Source: Squalus acanthias
Taxonomy: Eukaryota
Direction: 5' to 3'
DNA length: 64,000 nt
Assembly: GCA_030390025.1 (NCBI GenBank)
Contig: JASTWF010000036.1
Coordinates: 3,660,001 to 3,724,000, forward strand
Shown: positions 49,533 to 61,365 of the stretch, piece by piece
Numbering within the stretch: the stretch's first letter is position 1
Layout: each line of letters begins with the position of its first letter
Notes under the pieces: model-generated
The model's database searches: none
The model's input: the letters and a program-made list of their open reading frames with translations, nothing else
Told to the model about the DNA's origin: nothing
Program-made: the position numbers and the translations under genes

Positions 49533-49862
49533 TGCTGTCTTTCGGATGAGACGTTAAACCGAGGCCCCGTCTGCTCTCTCAGGTGGACGTAAAAGATCCC
49601 ATGGTGCTATTTTGAAGAAGAGCAGGGGAATTATCCCCGGTGTCCTGGGCCAATATTTATCTGTCAATCAACATAACAAAAACAGATTATCTGGTCATTA
49701 TCACATTGCTGTTTGTGGGAGCTTGCTGTGCGCAAATTGGTTGCCGCGTTTCCTACTTTACAACAGTGACTCCACTTGAAAAAGTACTTCATTGGCTGTA
49801 AAGCGCTTTGGGACGTCCTGAGGTCGTGAAAGGCGCTGGAGAAATGCAAGTCTTTCTTTCTT
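49533..49862 (+). mobile_element. Deu-SINE body continuing directly from the minisatellite
   Basis: tgctgtctttcggatgagacgttaaaccgagg ... gaaatgcaagtctttctttc. Confidence 0.9.
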
Positions 49863-50189
49863 TAGTGCAGGAGGAAGCCTTAAGAGTCAGTTCGATGCAG
49901 TGATGTGGGGTGGGGCGGGGCAGGCGGGGTGGAACTGCAGGTTTCTGATAAGGATGGATGAGATAAGATGGGCCGAATCATTTCCCAATCTCTGTTTATC
50001 TGGTCAACGTGTGAAATGTGTCATTGCGTGGGGGGCATTTCATCATGTTGCATGCAGTAGATGTCATGACAGCAGAAATTCCACATGGCTGTTGCCGCTC
50101 CTCTTTCACCCCACAGTGAGGATGAAGCCCCCCTTAAAAAAGATGGATCGATTGGGCAGAGTATATGCCTTGGGGATATTGCATACTTC

Positions 50190-50525
50190 TCAATTTTTCC
50201 TGATAGTGCTGGCTTACAGTTCCAGGGGCAATAGTCACACCCTGGTGCACTGTCCAAGTGGCCATTTTGTCTGTATGAGACTAGACGGTGAGCATTGGAA
50301 AGCTATTTGATTGTGTGAGGGGCACATCTCAGCTGAAGCGATCCTATTCTCACCAATATATACACCTTCGTGTATGCTTTCCAGCAGACGTCACTGGATC
50401 GTGAGGAGGAGTGGATCCCCTGCTTAATCCCAACCCTTCCCCACCCCCAGGCCAATTATAGGACCCTACATCTAGCCTGCCTGAGATCAGCAAACTCAGC
50501 ACAGACTGAGGATCAAACCTGGGAC
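50190..50525 (-). repeat. Old interspersed repeat (MamRep605-like by recall)
   Basis: Minus strand cccaggtttgatcctcagtctgtgctgagtttgctgatctcag...gatccagtgacgtctgctggaaag; homologous to 57982-58292. Confidence 0.55.
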
Positions 50526-51619
50526 TTTTGTTCAGGGGCTCAAAAGGAAAGTGGTGGTGGTTACTTCGCGCTCTTTGACATGAATCTGTCATTCATGAAA
50601 GAAAGATTTATGAAATAATACTGGGCGGCCTGCGGATGGCGCTGTCCAGGGAGAGTATAAATACTCGGGCACGGGCCCAGCTTGCGCAGGACATTCTTAA
50701 CAGGAACTAGTGAAGGCCACAACTAGATCTCCATGTTGTAAAACAGTTGATTAAAGCTTTGTTTAACGCTTAGACCAAGTGCCTCATAGTTTTCTTACGT
50801 CACTCTTTATTAGCATTGAGAATGGAAGATGGTGAAACACTCTTGAACATCCTGGAACCCCCCATGTATTAAGACAGGACTTAACTGCTTCAGTCGCTGT
50901 GAAGCAGTGCCCTGCCTACCGGCCTATAGACAGGACTGTTCTTGTTATTTGAGTTGACAGCTTTTTAGGGGCTGTGTCAGCCATTTTGAAATCCACTTGT
51001 CATTTTGTTTTTGTGTGTTGGCACGTATCGGTGAGAATTACCATCATTTCAACATGAGATCAGACTTAAGTGCAGCTCCAAAGTGAGAGTGGCATGTCTT
51101 AGCTTGTGAAACATCATCAGTAATGATACGACGTTGCATGATATTGCGATGATTGTGCTTTCGTTGTCACGTTGTCTCTTGCTCACATCAGGGGTAAAAA
51201 GATATTTGGAAAATGGCAGAGCCATTTTGCTTTGCATCAATTAAGGAAGCTTGACGTCAAACTTAAATATTATCTATAGATGTAAACATCTTGCACCTTG
51301 GGCATATTTTGTCCATCATACCTCGAGCATCACAATTACGACACTCGCAAATTTCGGTGTCACACTTACACCTGATTGGCTCAAATATCATATTCATAAA
51401 ACAGCAATGAATTGCAGTGAAACTGATCGGAAACATACCAATCAAAAGCAGAAATGAAAATGGTTGTTCAGGAAGTTCAAAAGCTACAGATCAGAAACAT
51501 GCAGTCAGCAAACAGCTACCAGTAAAAGATAAGAGAAAGGGAACAAATTAAATTGCACCAAGTACGCTTCGAAAATCTTTTCAGCTTTCATCTTGTTACC
51601 ACAGGAACAGCGAGGTCCC

Positions 51620-51927
51620 CGTGAGATAAATGACCAGATAATCTGTTTTTGTTATGTTGATTGAGGGATAAATATTGGCAGGACACAAGGGATAACTCCC
51701 CTGCTCTTCTTCGAAATAGTGCCGTGGGATCTTTTACATCCACCTGAGAGAGCAGACGGGGCCTCGGTTTAACGTCTCATCCGAAAGACGGCACCTCCGA
51801 CAGTGCAGCACTCCCTCAGCACTGCATGGGGAGTGTCAGCCTAGATTTTCTGCTCCAGTCTCTGCAGTGGGACTTGAAGCCTCGCCCTTCTGACTCAGAG
51901 TGCTACCGACTGAGCCATATCTGACAC
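51620..51927 (-). mobile_element. Deu-SINE 5' two-thirds
   Basis: Head with A and B boxes on the minus strand. Confidence 0.85.
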
Positions 51928-52165
51928 CACAATAAGGAAGATTCTTGGGATAGGGGCTGCTGTGAAAATATAATCAGTCCAGTATCTTGAAGGCAGAATC
52001 AGAAGTCGGAGCTGTGTGGAGCATAGGTGGCCCAGCATCCTCAGGGCTGAGCAGATTCAGGAAAGGGGCTGGAGGGCTATCGGTTGACTCTGTAGATGTC
52101 AACTGAGGACAAGACTTGGCTCAGTGGTGACGCCCTTCACAGTCAAATAGCCAGATGACACACAA

Positions 52166-52777
52166 GCCCGGATTGTAACACCCGGCTGGGCTTCGTGCGG
52201 GCGGGAAGGGGGGGTGTGGGCAAAGCGGACGGCAAGCCATCCGACCCTTTGTAGCGTGAGTGCCGGGAGATTTTAACTCCCCCGCACTCATTTGCATGCT
52301 CGCCTTCAGAGTCTCCCGGCGGAACTCGGCAGGCTGCTTCTGGCCCCAGATCCATTTGCCGGCAGGATGGTCTGGGTGAGAAGCCATGGCGGGTTCCCCC
52401 AGCTTGGACTGGGGGTCAAAATTGGCAGTCGGACCTCGATGACGTCATTGGAGCCCGTTTTGCATATTTAAAGCAGGACCGCGCTTGCTTCCGACAGGGT
52501 TACCCGAGCGTCTACCAAAAAGAGCAGGTTAAAATTACATCCAGCCATGCTCCTTTCAGCTTCCCCTTCGCAAGCACCGTGCCCCCACCGCCCCTCAATC
52601 TCTCTCTCTGCACTCTATCCTATTCCCTAGCCCGCCTCCTTTCCTGCCATGCCTGGCGCGTTCCTCTTGGAGGCAGCGGGATCAGTGGTGGGTGGGGGAG
52701 GGCGGGGAAGTCGCTGCCCCGGTTGTAACTGCCCGCCCGCCTGGTTTCCGCTGGGCGAGCAGGGTTAAAATCGGGCC
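52166..52777. mobile_element. GC-rich MITE-like element
   Basis: Imperfect TIRs gcccggattgtaac ... gttaaaatcgggc around a CpG-rich interior. Confidence 0.45.
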
Positions 52778-53371
52778 TGCACTGTCTCGGCTCAAGGTTG
52801 AGAACTGGCCGCTTAAGCGAGGCACTGGAGGACTGGCAGCATTGGCGAAGCCACAGCCGAGTTACTGACTTCATGAGTTCGGGTTAAAAAGGGTGGAAAA
52901 GAGAAAATACAAAGTAAGTGCCGGCCTTTCTATCGGGACCCTTCAACTTTCACAGGACAGGGACCACCGAGAATGATGAAACTACACTTAATTCTTCTGG
53001 ATTTTCAATGGAATGCAACTTGATGCAAATCGGAGAGATACTCCCACAGATCGACTGTATTTAAATGATATCTAACAGCAGAAAGCCTGACCTCATCAGC
53101 AATGAGCTTCGGAATCACGAGTAGGTCATGAAGACTGTGTCACAAGTTGATTATATTGTACATTTCACAAGACCCTGGGGATATCTTATCAGTCCCATGA
53201 ATAATCTGTTTGGATGAGCTTTGTTTTTAAACATGCAGGTATTTTTCTTTCTTTTTGAGGGTGGAGGGAGGGAGCGGGAAAGATGGCTTGATATAGAGTG
53301 GAACACTTTCTGACATTTTTGTGATTCACTTGGCACAATCTGCTTGGTTTGACCTCATTTGAGCATTGACC

Positions 53372-54895
53372 TAGAACCACAGAGATTCGCAGCACAGGAA
53401 GAGGCCATTCGGCTAATCGTCCTCTCCCCATAGCCCTGTATCAATCCCAATCTAATCCCACTGCCCCGCCCTCTCCCCATAGCCCTGTATGAATCCCAAA
53501 CTAATTCCACTGCCCCGCCCTCTCCCCATAGCCCTGTATCAATCCCAAACTAATCCCACTGCCCCGCTCGCTCCCCATAGCCCTGTATCAATCCACAAAC
53601 TAATCCCACTGCCCCGCTCTCTCCCCATAGCCCTGTATCAATCCACAAACTAATCCCACTGCCCCGCTCTCTCCCCATAGCCCTGTATCAATCCCAAACT
53701 AATCCCACTGCCCCGCTCTCTCCCCATAGCCCTGTATCAATCCCAAACTAATCCCACTGCCCCGCTCTCTCCCCATAGCCCTGTATCAATCCCAAACTAA
53801 TCCCACTGCCCCGCCCTCTCCCCATAGCCCTGTATCAATTCCAAACTAATCCCACTGCCCTGCCCTCTCCCCATAGCCCTGTATCAATCCGAAACTAATC
53901 CCACTGCCCCGCCCTCTCCCCATAGCCCTGATTCAATCCCTAACTAATCCCACTGCCCCGCCCTCTCCCCATAGCCCTGTATCAATCCCAAACTAATCCC
54001 ACTGCCCCGCTCTCTCCCCATAGTCCTGTATCAACCCAAACTAATCCCACTGCCCCGCTCTCTCCCCATCGCCCTGTATCAATCCCAAACTAATCCCACT
54101 GCCCCGCTCTCTCTCCATAGCCTGTATCAACCCAAACTAATCCCGCTGCCCCGCTCTCTCCCCATAGCCCTGTATCAACCCAAACTAATCCCACTGCCCC
54201 GCTCTCTCCCCATCGCCCTGTATCAATCCCAAACTAATCCCACTGCCCCGCTCTCTCTCCATAGCCTGTATCAACCCAAACTAATCCCGCTGCCCCGCTC
54301 TCTCCCCATAGCCCTGTATCAATCCCAAACTAATCCCACTGCCCCGCTCTCTCTCCATAGCCTGTATCAACCCAATCTAATCCCACTGCCCCGCTCTCTC
54401 CCCATAGTCCTGTATCAACCCAAACTAATCCCACTGCCCCGCTCTCTCCCCATAGCCCTGTATCAATCCCAAACTAATCCCACTGCCCCGCTCTCTCCCC
54501 ATAGCCCTGTATCAATCCCAAACTAATCCCACTGCCCCGCTCTCTCCCCATAGCCCTGTATCAACCCAAACTAATCCCACTGCCCCGCTCTCTCCCCATA
54601 GCCCTGTATCTTCCTCTGCTTCAAATATTTATCCAATTTTCCATTAAAGGTTGCGATAGTTTCTGTTTCAATCACTCTCTTTTCCAATAACCTGCTGCAT
54701 AATTTCTCTTAACCTCTCTCCTCGCTTTCTTAGTGACAATTTTAAATTGATTACCCCTTGTCACTGATTCTCCAACCAGAGGAAATGGTCTTTCTCCAGT
54801 CACTCTATCAAAACAATGCATAATTCAAAAAACCTCAATTGAATCTCCTCTTAGCCTTCACTGCTCCAGTGGAAATAGTCCCAGTATCTCAAGTC
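53372..54895 (-). mobile_element. CR1 3' fragment with an internally expanded 3'UTR
   Basis: Terminal motif cagcacaggaagaggccattcggc lies before the array, and the ORF2 end resumes after 54610. Confidence 0.75.
53421..54610. repeat. ~49-bp minisatellite, ~24 copies
   Basis: Unit ctctccccatagccctgtatcaatcccaaactaatcccactgccccgct. Confidence 0.95.
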
Positions 54896-54914
54896 TGTAT
54901 TCATCGAGTTACAT

Positions 54915-55452
54915 CTGGTCTGCAGCACAGAATCAGGCCTTTCGGCCCAACTGGCCTATGCTGGCATTTATAGTCCATTCGAGCCTCCTCCCACCTTTCT
55001 TCAGCTAACCTTATCAGCAACCTTTTCTATTCCTTTCTCCCTCATGTACTTATCTAGCTTCCTATTAAATCCATCTATGCTATTTGCCTCAACCACTCCC
55101 TGTGGTAGCGAGTTCCACATTCTCACCCACTCTCTGGGTAAAGAAGTTTCTCCTGAATTTCCTATTGGATTTATTAGTGACTATCTTATATTGATGGCCC
55201 CTAGTTTTGGTCTCCCCAACAAGTGGAAACATTTTCTCTATATCTATCCTTTCAAACCCATTCATAATCTTATCAGGTCACCCCACAGCCTTCTGTTTGC
55301 TCGAGCTAAGAGCCTCAGCCTGTTCAATCTTTCCTGATACTTACAACCTCTCAGTTCTGGTATCATCCTTGTAAATCTTTTTTGCACATTCTCCAGTGCC
55401 TCTATATCCTTTTTATAATATGGAGACCAGAACTGTGCACAGTACTCCAATT
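54915..55452 (-). mobile_element. CR1 3' fragment
   Basis: EYCAQFWSPYYKKDIEALENVQKRFTRMIP. Confidence 0.85.
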
Positions 55453-55685
55453 GTTTGCCAAGTATTCGAATGAAAGAAGGGTACTTGCACAGCCTAGGCC
55501 CTAGTGCCGGACACCACCAAGATTGGAGAGTACAAGAAAAGATTAGCTAAATCAAGAAGTGGCAATGAGGTGATGCCAAGCATGGATTTCAAAGTCATGT
55601 AGATTGTAGGAGGGAGGGAATACTGAAGGAGGTAAGGAGTGTGACAAAAATGAAGGACTTTTGTCCATTGTTTATGTAGCCTCTC

Positions 55686-55872
55686 TAAAACAGATGATCT
55701 GGTCATTATCACATTGCTGTTTGTGGGAGCTTGCTGTGCACAAATTGGCTGCTGCATTTCCCACATTACAACAGTGATCCACTTCAAAAGTACTTAATTG
55801 ACTGCAAAGCGCTTTGAGACATCCGGTGGTCGTGAAAGGCGCTATATAAATGCAAGTCTTTCTTTCTTTCTT
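55686..55872 (+). mobile_element. Deu-SINE 3' fragment
   Basis: Deu body plus (cttt)n tail. Confidence 0.85.
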
Positions 55873-56997
55873 TGTAATTCATTGCTTCGTGTAAAAACTA
55901 TTGCTTTTAAGAGAAACACAACCCTCAAAATCGCTTTTGCAACTGCGTGCTGGGAACTTGGCTTATATTCTTTTGTTGAAACAATGCGCATCTCTGGGCT
56001 TTAAGCCATGGTATAATCCCATCAGGAAAGCCCCAACACAGACAGCACATGTCAAACACCACGGGTGGCCATCAGTACGCCTGTGCGTCTGTGTTACGGA
56101 GCTTGCTGTCCATTGTTTGAAGAAGGAGCCTCAGTCTCGGAGACTGACTTCTCAAAGGTGAGACTGTATTGCAAAAGGTTCAGGATGCATTCGTTATGTT
56201 TTTGCTTGGCCACAACAGCTGAAATGCAATTCCATGGACCAGGTGCCGATATAACAACAGCTCGGTGGGTAGCACTCTCGGCTCGGAGTCAGAAGGCTGT
56301 GGGTTCAAGCTGGTGGCCAGCACGGGTCTCGCGCAATATAGAAACAGCGCATCTCAACTCACACCGGGAATCAAACCCATGACCTTCTGGTCTTGTGCCG
56401 CTTGGATGAACTCTTATTGACGAAACGCTGGAAGATAATATAAAGCCATCTACTGAGGTAGTACATCATATGCTGCAAAACACATTCAGCGCCATTGCAG
56501 ATGACAAAAAATTTTCTTTCGTTATTTTGCAAACCATCAGTAACCTCAATGTAATATCGATCTTAGTGGATGGCTGACATTACACTCAGTAATGTGATAT
56601 CTGATTTCAGGAGAGCTGTGACCTGCATGTGCATCATTTTGATTGTTTGATTCCATTACTGAAGGGCAATTTATTGACAGCCATTAATTGTATTCATAAT
56701 ACTCTATGTACTTTGTATGTCCTTAACAGGACTTCATTTGATTGACCACAGGCTAAGGGTTTTTAAAAGCTTTTGGAATAAATATGACACTGGTAGGCCC
56801 ACGATGGCTCGGTTAGTAAATGCACCGCCCCGTGTGACATAGAAAGATGAAACAAGGAACTTGGAGGATAAATTCGCCTTGGGGTGGGGGTAGCACAAAC
56901 TGGGAGGCAGCGAATCGGCAGCCCGTTTTACACTCCGCCCCATTTTCTTTCCTGATGAAGTCAGTTCATTGAAGTCAGTCCCAATTAATTCGAGCTA

Positions 56998-57500
56998 GGC
57001 TGCACTGTCGGAGGGGCTGTCTTTCGGGATGAGATGTTAAACCGAGGCCCCGTCTGCTCTCTCAGGTGGATGTAAAAGGTCCCATGGCACTATTTTGAAG
57101 AAGAGCAAGAGAGTTATCCCCCGTGTCCCGGGCCAATATCTATCCCTCAATCAACACCACTAAAACAGATTATCCGGTCATTATCACATTACTGTTTGTG
57201 GGATCTTGCCGTGTGCAAATTGGCTGCCGCGTTTCCTACATTACAACAGTGACTGCATTTCAAAAGTTTCTTTTTTCTCATTTAGGGGTGAAATCAGGAA
57301 GCATTTTATCACACAAAGGGGAGTGGAAATCTGGAACTCTCTCCCCCAAAAGAATGTGGATGCTGGGGGACAATTGGAGCTTTCAAGACTGAGATCGATC
57401 GGTTTATGTTGGGTAAGGGTATAAAGGGATAGGGAGCTAAGGCGGGTAAATGGAGTTAAGGTACAGATCGGCCATGATCTCATTGCATGGCGGTGCAAGC
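56998..57500 (+). mobile_element. Deu-SINE fragment (56998-57266) fused to a CR1 3' fragment (57280-57500)
   Basis: SINE body, then FRGEIRKHFITQRGVEIWNSLP and the 3'UTR. Confidence 0.8.
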
Positions 57501-57584
57501 TCTAAAATCGGGCAGAGTGTGAAACGGGCTGCCAATTCACTGTCGCCCATTTTGCACTGCTGCCCAACTCGAACTCACACCCAT

Positions 57585-57960
57585 TCTCAGGATGTGCCAA
57601 AGCGTTTCACATGCAATTCATTTTTAAAGTACAGCCATTGTTGTTTTGTAGACAAACGTGGCAGCCTAATGCGTGAGTAGGTAATCTGTTTTTTGACAAG
57701 CTGTCAGTTGAAGGAGGAAATCTCCATGCTCTGATTTGAATAGTGCCATGGGACCATTAATAGCTATTTGAACAGGCAAGGTGGGATCTCAGTTTAACTT
57801 CTTATCTGAAAGACGGCACCTCCGACAGTGCAGCACTCCCTCAGGACTACATTGAATTGTCAGCCGAGATTTTGTGCTCAAATCCGCGAGTGGGGCTTGA
57901 ACCCACAATCTTCTGACGCAGAAGCGAGAGAGTGCGACCCACTGAGCCACAGCTGACACT
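57585..57960 (-). mobile_element. Deu-SINE (diverged)
   Basis: Head gtgtcagctgtggctcagtggg on the minus strand. Confidence 0.75.
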
Positions 57961-57981
57961 GTATGGCTTAAGGAAGGCTGC

Positions 57982-58292
57982 AATCTGTATTGAGTCAGCT
58001 GATGTCAGTTAGGGTAGCATTTGAACCGTGCAACTTCTGGGCTAGTGAGGGGATAAATCACCCAAGGTTCCCGTTCCGGATCGCTATCCAGGGACCCTCT
58101 GCTGGAAAGCGTGTGTGTGTGTGTGTGTGTGTGTGGACCTTTGAGTTAGGAGAGGATCAGGATGCAGTCTACCGTTGATCAGCCTCACACATAAAGAATG
58201 GCCACTCAGGAGACTGGGCAGGGCTGCCAGTGCTCGTGGAACCGTACACCAGCAATAGTCAGCACCTTCAGGAAAGGAGAAGAGAAAAATCA
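57982..58292 (+). repeat. Old interspersed repeat (MamRep605-like by recall) with internal (GT)n
   Basis: gagtcagctgatgtcag...gatcgctatccagggaccctctgctggaaag...aagaatggccact...cgtggaaccgtacaccagcaatagtcagcaccttcagga. Confidence 0.6.
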
Positions 58293-58324
58293 CTTACGGA
58301 TGATGTCGGATGTGGGGTTTGATA

Positions 58325-58555
58325 CAACAACAACAACTTGCCTTTATATAGTAAAGCGTCCCAAGGCGCTTTACAGGAGCATTAACAAACAAAATTTGAC
58401 ACCGAGCCACATGAGGAGACATTAGGACAAGTGACCAAAAGCTTGGTCAAAGAGGTAGGTTTTAAGGAGCGTCTTAAAGGAGGAGAGAGAGGTAGCGAGG
58501 CGGAGAGGTTTCGGGAGGGAATTCCAGAGCTTAGGGCCTAGGCGGCTGAAGGCTG
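58325..58555 (-). mobile_element. L2 3' fragment
   Basis: Same family as 20345. Confidence 0.85.
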
Positions 58556-59084
58556 TGTTTTACTCTGTTGGTTATATTTAGCAAAAAAATGTGAGTATAA
58601 AGTAAGGAAAATATACCCCATCAGAGTTGGCGTGTGTCTGGATTTCAGTCAGAGAGTGGTTAAAAAAAGCTCTCTGATCTCCTGTGACGTTCCTCATGGT
58701 CAGTCAGCTGACATGCTGGTTTATGACAGAAGTGTTATGCCGTTGAATTTGCATCCATTTCACTATTGTTCGAAAGTCGAGTGGAAATATTCAGGCCGAC
58801 GCTTTTAAAGGAAGCTGATCTGAATCTCTTTTATTTTGATCCCAACCTTGCATTTGAAATGCACTTGGAAGTGCAAAGGAAGCTGTCGAGATTTTTGAAC
58901 AAAAAACAGCACAGAAAATGCAGACAATACACCACAGGTCGGGCAGCCTCTGAAAATAGAACAGGCAGGTGTACATTTCCAGTAGTGACCTTCTTGGCAG
59001 AATCTCAAGCACTTTTGTCTTTTACTACACGAGATGGGTTTCACACTTGTGCAAACAGCCACCTCTTTTGAATCTAATGATCTG

Positions 59085-59500
59085 TGATTCTAGAAAAGAG
59101 AAGGCTGAGGGGTGAGCTGATCGAGGTCTTTAAGATTATGAAGGGGTTCGATAGGGTAGACGTAGAGAAGATGTTTCCACTTGTGGGGGAGACCAGAACT
59201 AGGGGCCATCAGTATAAGATAGTCACTAATAAATCCAATAGAGGATTCAGGAGAAACTTCTTTACCCAGAGAGTGGTGAGAATGGGGAACTCGCTACCAC
59301 AGGGAGTGGTTGAGGTGAATAGTATCGATGCATTTAAGGGGAAGCTAGATAAACACACGAGGGAGAAAGGAGTAGAAGGCTATGCTGATGGGGTTAGATG
59401 AAGAGGGGTGGGAGGAGGCTGGTGTGGAGCATAAACACCAGCACAGACCAGTTGAGCCAAATGGCCTGTTTCTGTGTGGCAGATTCTACGTAATATGTAA
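59085..59500 (+). mobile_element. CR1 3' fragment
   Basis: LEKRRLRGELIEVFKIMKGFDRVD...GVEGY. Confidence 0.9.
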
Positions 59501-59671
59501 TGGGCCCTTTCCCACTGGAACTGGTTTCACAATCAACTTGGTTCCCATTGTCCCTAGATTGCCAGTTTAAGCTGCAGGGTGGATTCCGCAACAGCGGAAC
59601 GATTACTCGTGTCCAAGGGGTTGCATGCGCATGTCTGTAACTTTGACATTTTGGGTGGGACATTCCCTGTT

Positions 59672-59996
59672 TTTTTAATTTGTTTTTATGAGATGTGGGC
59701 GTCGCTGGCAAGGCCAGCATTTATTGCCCATCCCTAATTGCCCTTGAGAAGGTGGTGGTGAGCTGCCCTCATGAACCGCTGCAGTCCGTGTGGTGAAGGT
59801 GCTCCCACAGTGCTGTTAGGGAGGGAGTTCCAGGATTTTGACCCAGTGACAATGAAGGAACGGCGATATACTTCCAGTCAGGATGGTGTGTGACTTGGAG
59901 GGGAACTTGGAGGTGGTGGTGTTCCCATGTGTCTGCTGCCCTTGTCCTTCTAGGTGGAAGATGTCGCGGGTTTGGGAGGTGCTGCTGAAGAAGCCC
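59672..59996 (-). mobile_element. LINE 3' fragment (8118 family)
   Basis: LLQQHLPNPRHLPPRRTRAA on the minus strand. Confidence 0.85.
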
Positions 59997-60029
59997 TGTT
60001 GCTCCACAAGAATTATTATTGGAAGGCGC

Positions 60030-60390
60030 TTCAATGCAGACAAACACGGTAGCCATTCGCACTGACAACATTCCACAAACAACAATGGGAGGAACGAGTG
60101 GCTAATTTGTTTTGGTGATGTCGGTTGAGGGAGGAATGTTGGCCCAGGACACCAGGGGAGAACTCCACTGCTCTTCTTTGAATGGTGCTGAAAGATTTTT
60201 TTACATCCACCTGAGAGGGCACGTGTAACGTCTCGTCCGAAAGATGACGCCTCCGACAGTGCAGCTCTCCCTCAGTGCTGCACCGGGAGTGCCAGCCTGG
60301 ATTATGCACTCAAGTCTCAGTTTAGATCATGAGCTCAAATCAACAACCCTCTGACCGAGAGGCCAGAGTGTTAGTGAGCCAAGCTGACAC
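60030..60390 (-). mobile_element. Deu-SINE (diverged)
   Basis: cctccgacagtgcagctctccctcagtgctgcac; gagaactccactgctcttc. Confidence 0.75.
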
Positions 60391-60929
60391 TAAACGGTGA
60401 ATTTTGCAAGGCCCCACACGGCCCGTGGTTTTTCGCTATGTGAAAGGCCCTGTTTGGGGCCAACCCAAATTTACCCTTAAACGCAGCTTACTTTTCCTAC
60501 ACGCTATACTCGTGTTTCCTGTGTTTTCATGGTGATTTTCCTGGAATCGTGGATTGGGGTATCTTAAACAATGAAATTGATTCCATCATTTTCTTGCTGC
60601 ATTCTCATGTGTACGCACACACGTACTTAAAAGACAGATAGGCATACGCACACACGCAGAGAAAAGCACGGGGAACTGCCTACATGCCAATGAAGACTGT
60701 TCATGAGCTGACACATTGTTGCCATATAGTTCGAATATACTTAATGCAAATCAAATTTCCCAGTCGCTCACTACAAGTTATTCCTTGGTATTAACACAGT
60801 AATGACATTACATGGGTGATTACAACTGTCTTGTACACAACACTGAGGGGCTGGAACCCTCTCAAAAATAACAAGAAACAGTAGCTGCATACTGTAAAAA
60901 AAAGTCCCTTTTTTCTCATCTCTTCTCCG

Positions 60930-61365
60930 TCCCCATCACCCGCTGTGCTCGCTGACCTACACGAATTTAAAACACTCATCCTTGTGTTCAAATCCCTCCA
61001 TGGCCTCGCCCCTCCCTATCTCTGGAACCTCCTCCAGCCCCACAACCCTCCGAGATCTCGGCGCTCCTCCAATTCTGGTCTCTTGAGCATCCCCCCCCGA
61101 TTATAATCGCTCCACCATTGGCAGCCGTGCCTTCAGCTGCCTGGGCCCTAAGCTCTGGAATTCCCTCCCTAAACCTCTCCGCCTCTCTCCTCCTTTAAGA
61201 CGCTCCTTAAAACCTCCCTCTTTGACCAAGCTTTTGGTCACCTGACCTAATATCGCCTTGCGTGGCTCGGTGTTAAAGTTTTGTCTGATAATCGCTCCTG
61301 TGAAGCATCTTGGGACGGTTTTACTACTTTAAAGGCGCTATATAAATGCAAGCTGTTGTTGTTGT
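60930..61365 (+). mobile_element. L2 3' fragment
   Basis: Closely matches 47590-48045; (gtt)n tail. Confidence 0.88.

Noticed and set aside
48111..49592. 470- and 476-aa ORFs with an 11-aa period
   Set aside because: By-product of a stop-free 33-bp SINE-derived repeat that is open on both strands.
56730..56792. 63-nt plus-strand candidate exon (LHLIDHRLRVFKSFWNKYDT)
   Set aside because: Decent acceptor, but no recognisable protein or partner exons; unsupported without transcript data.
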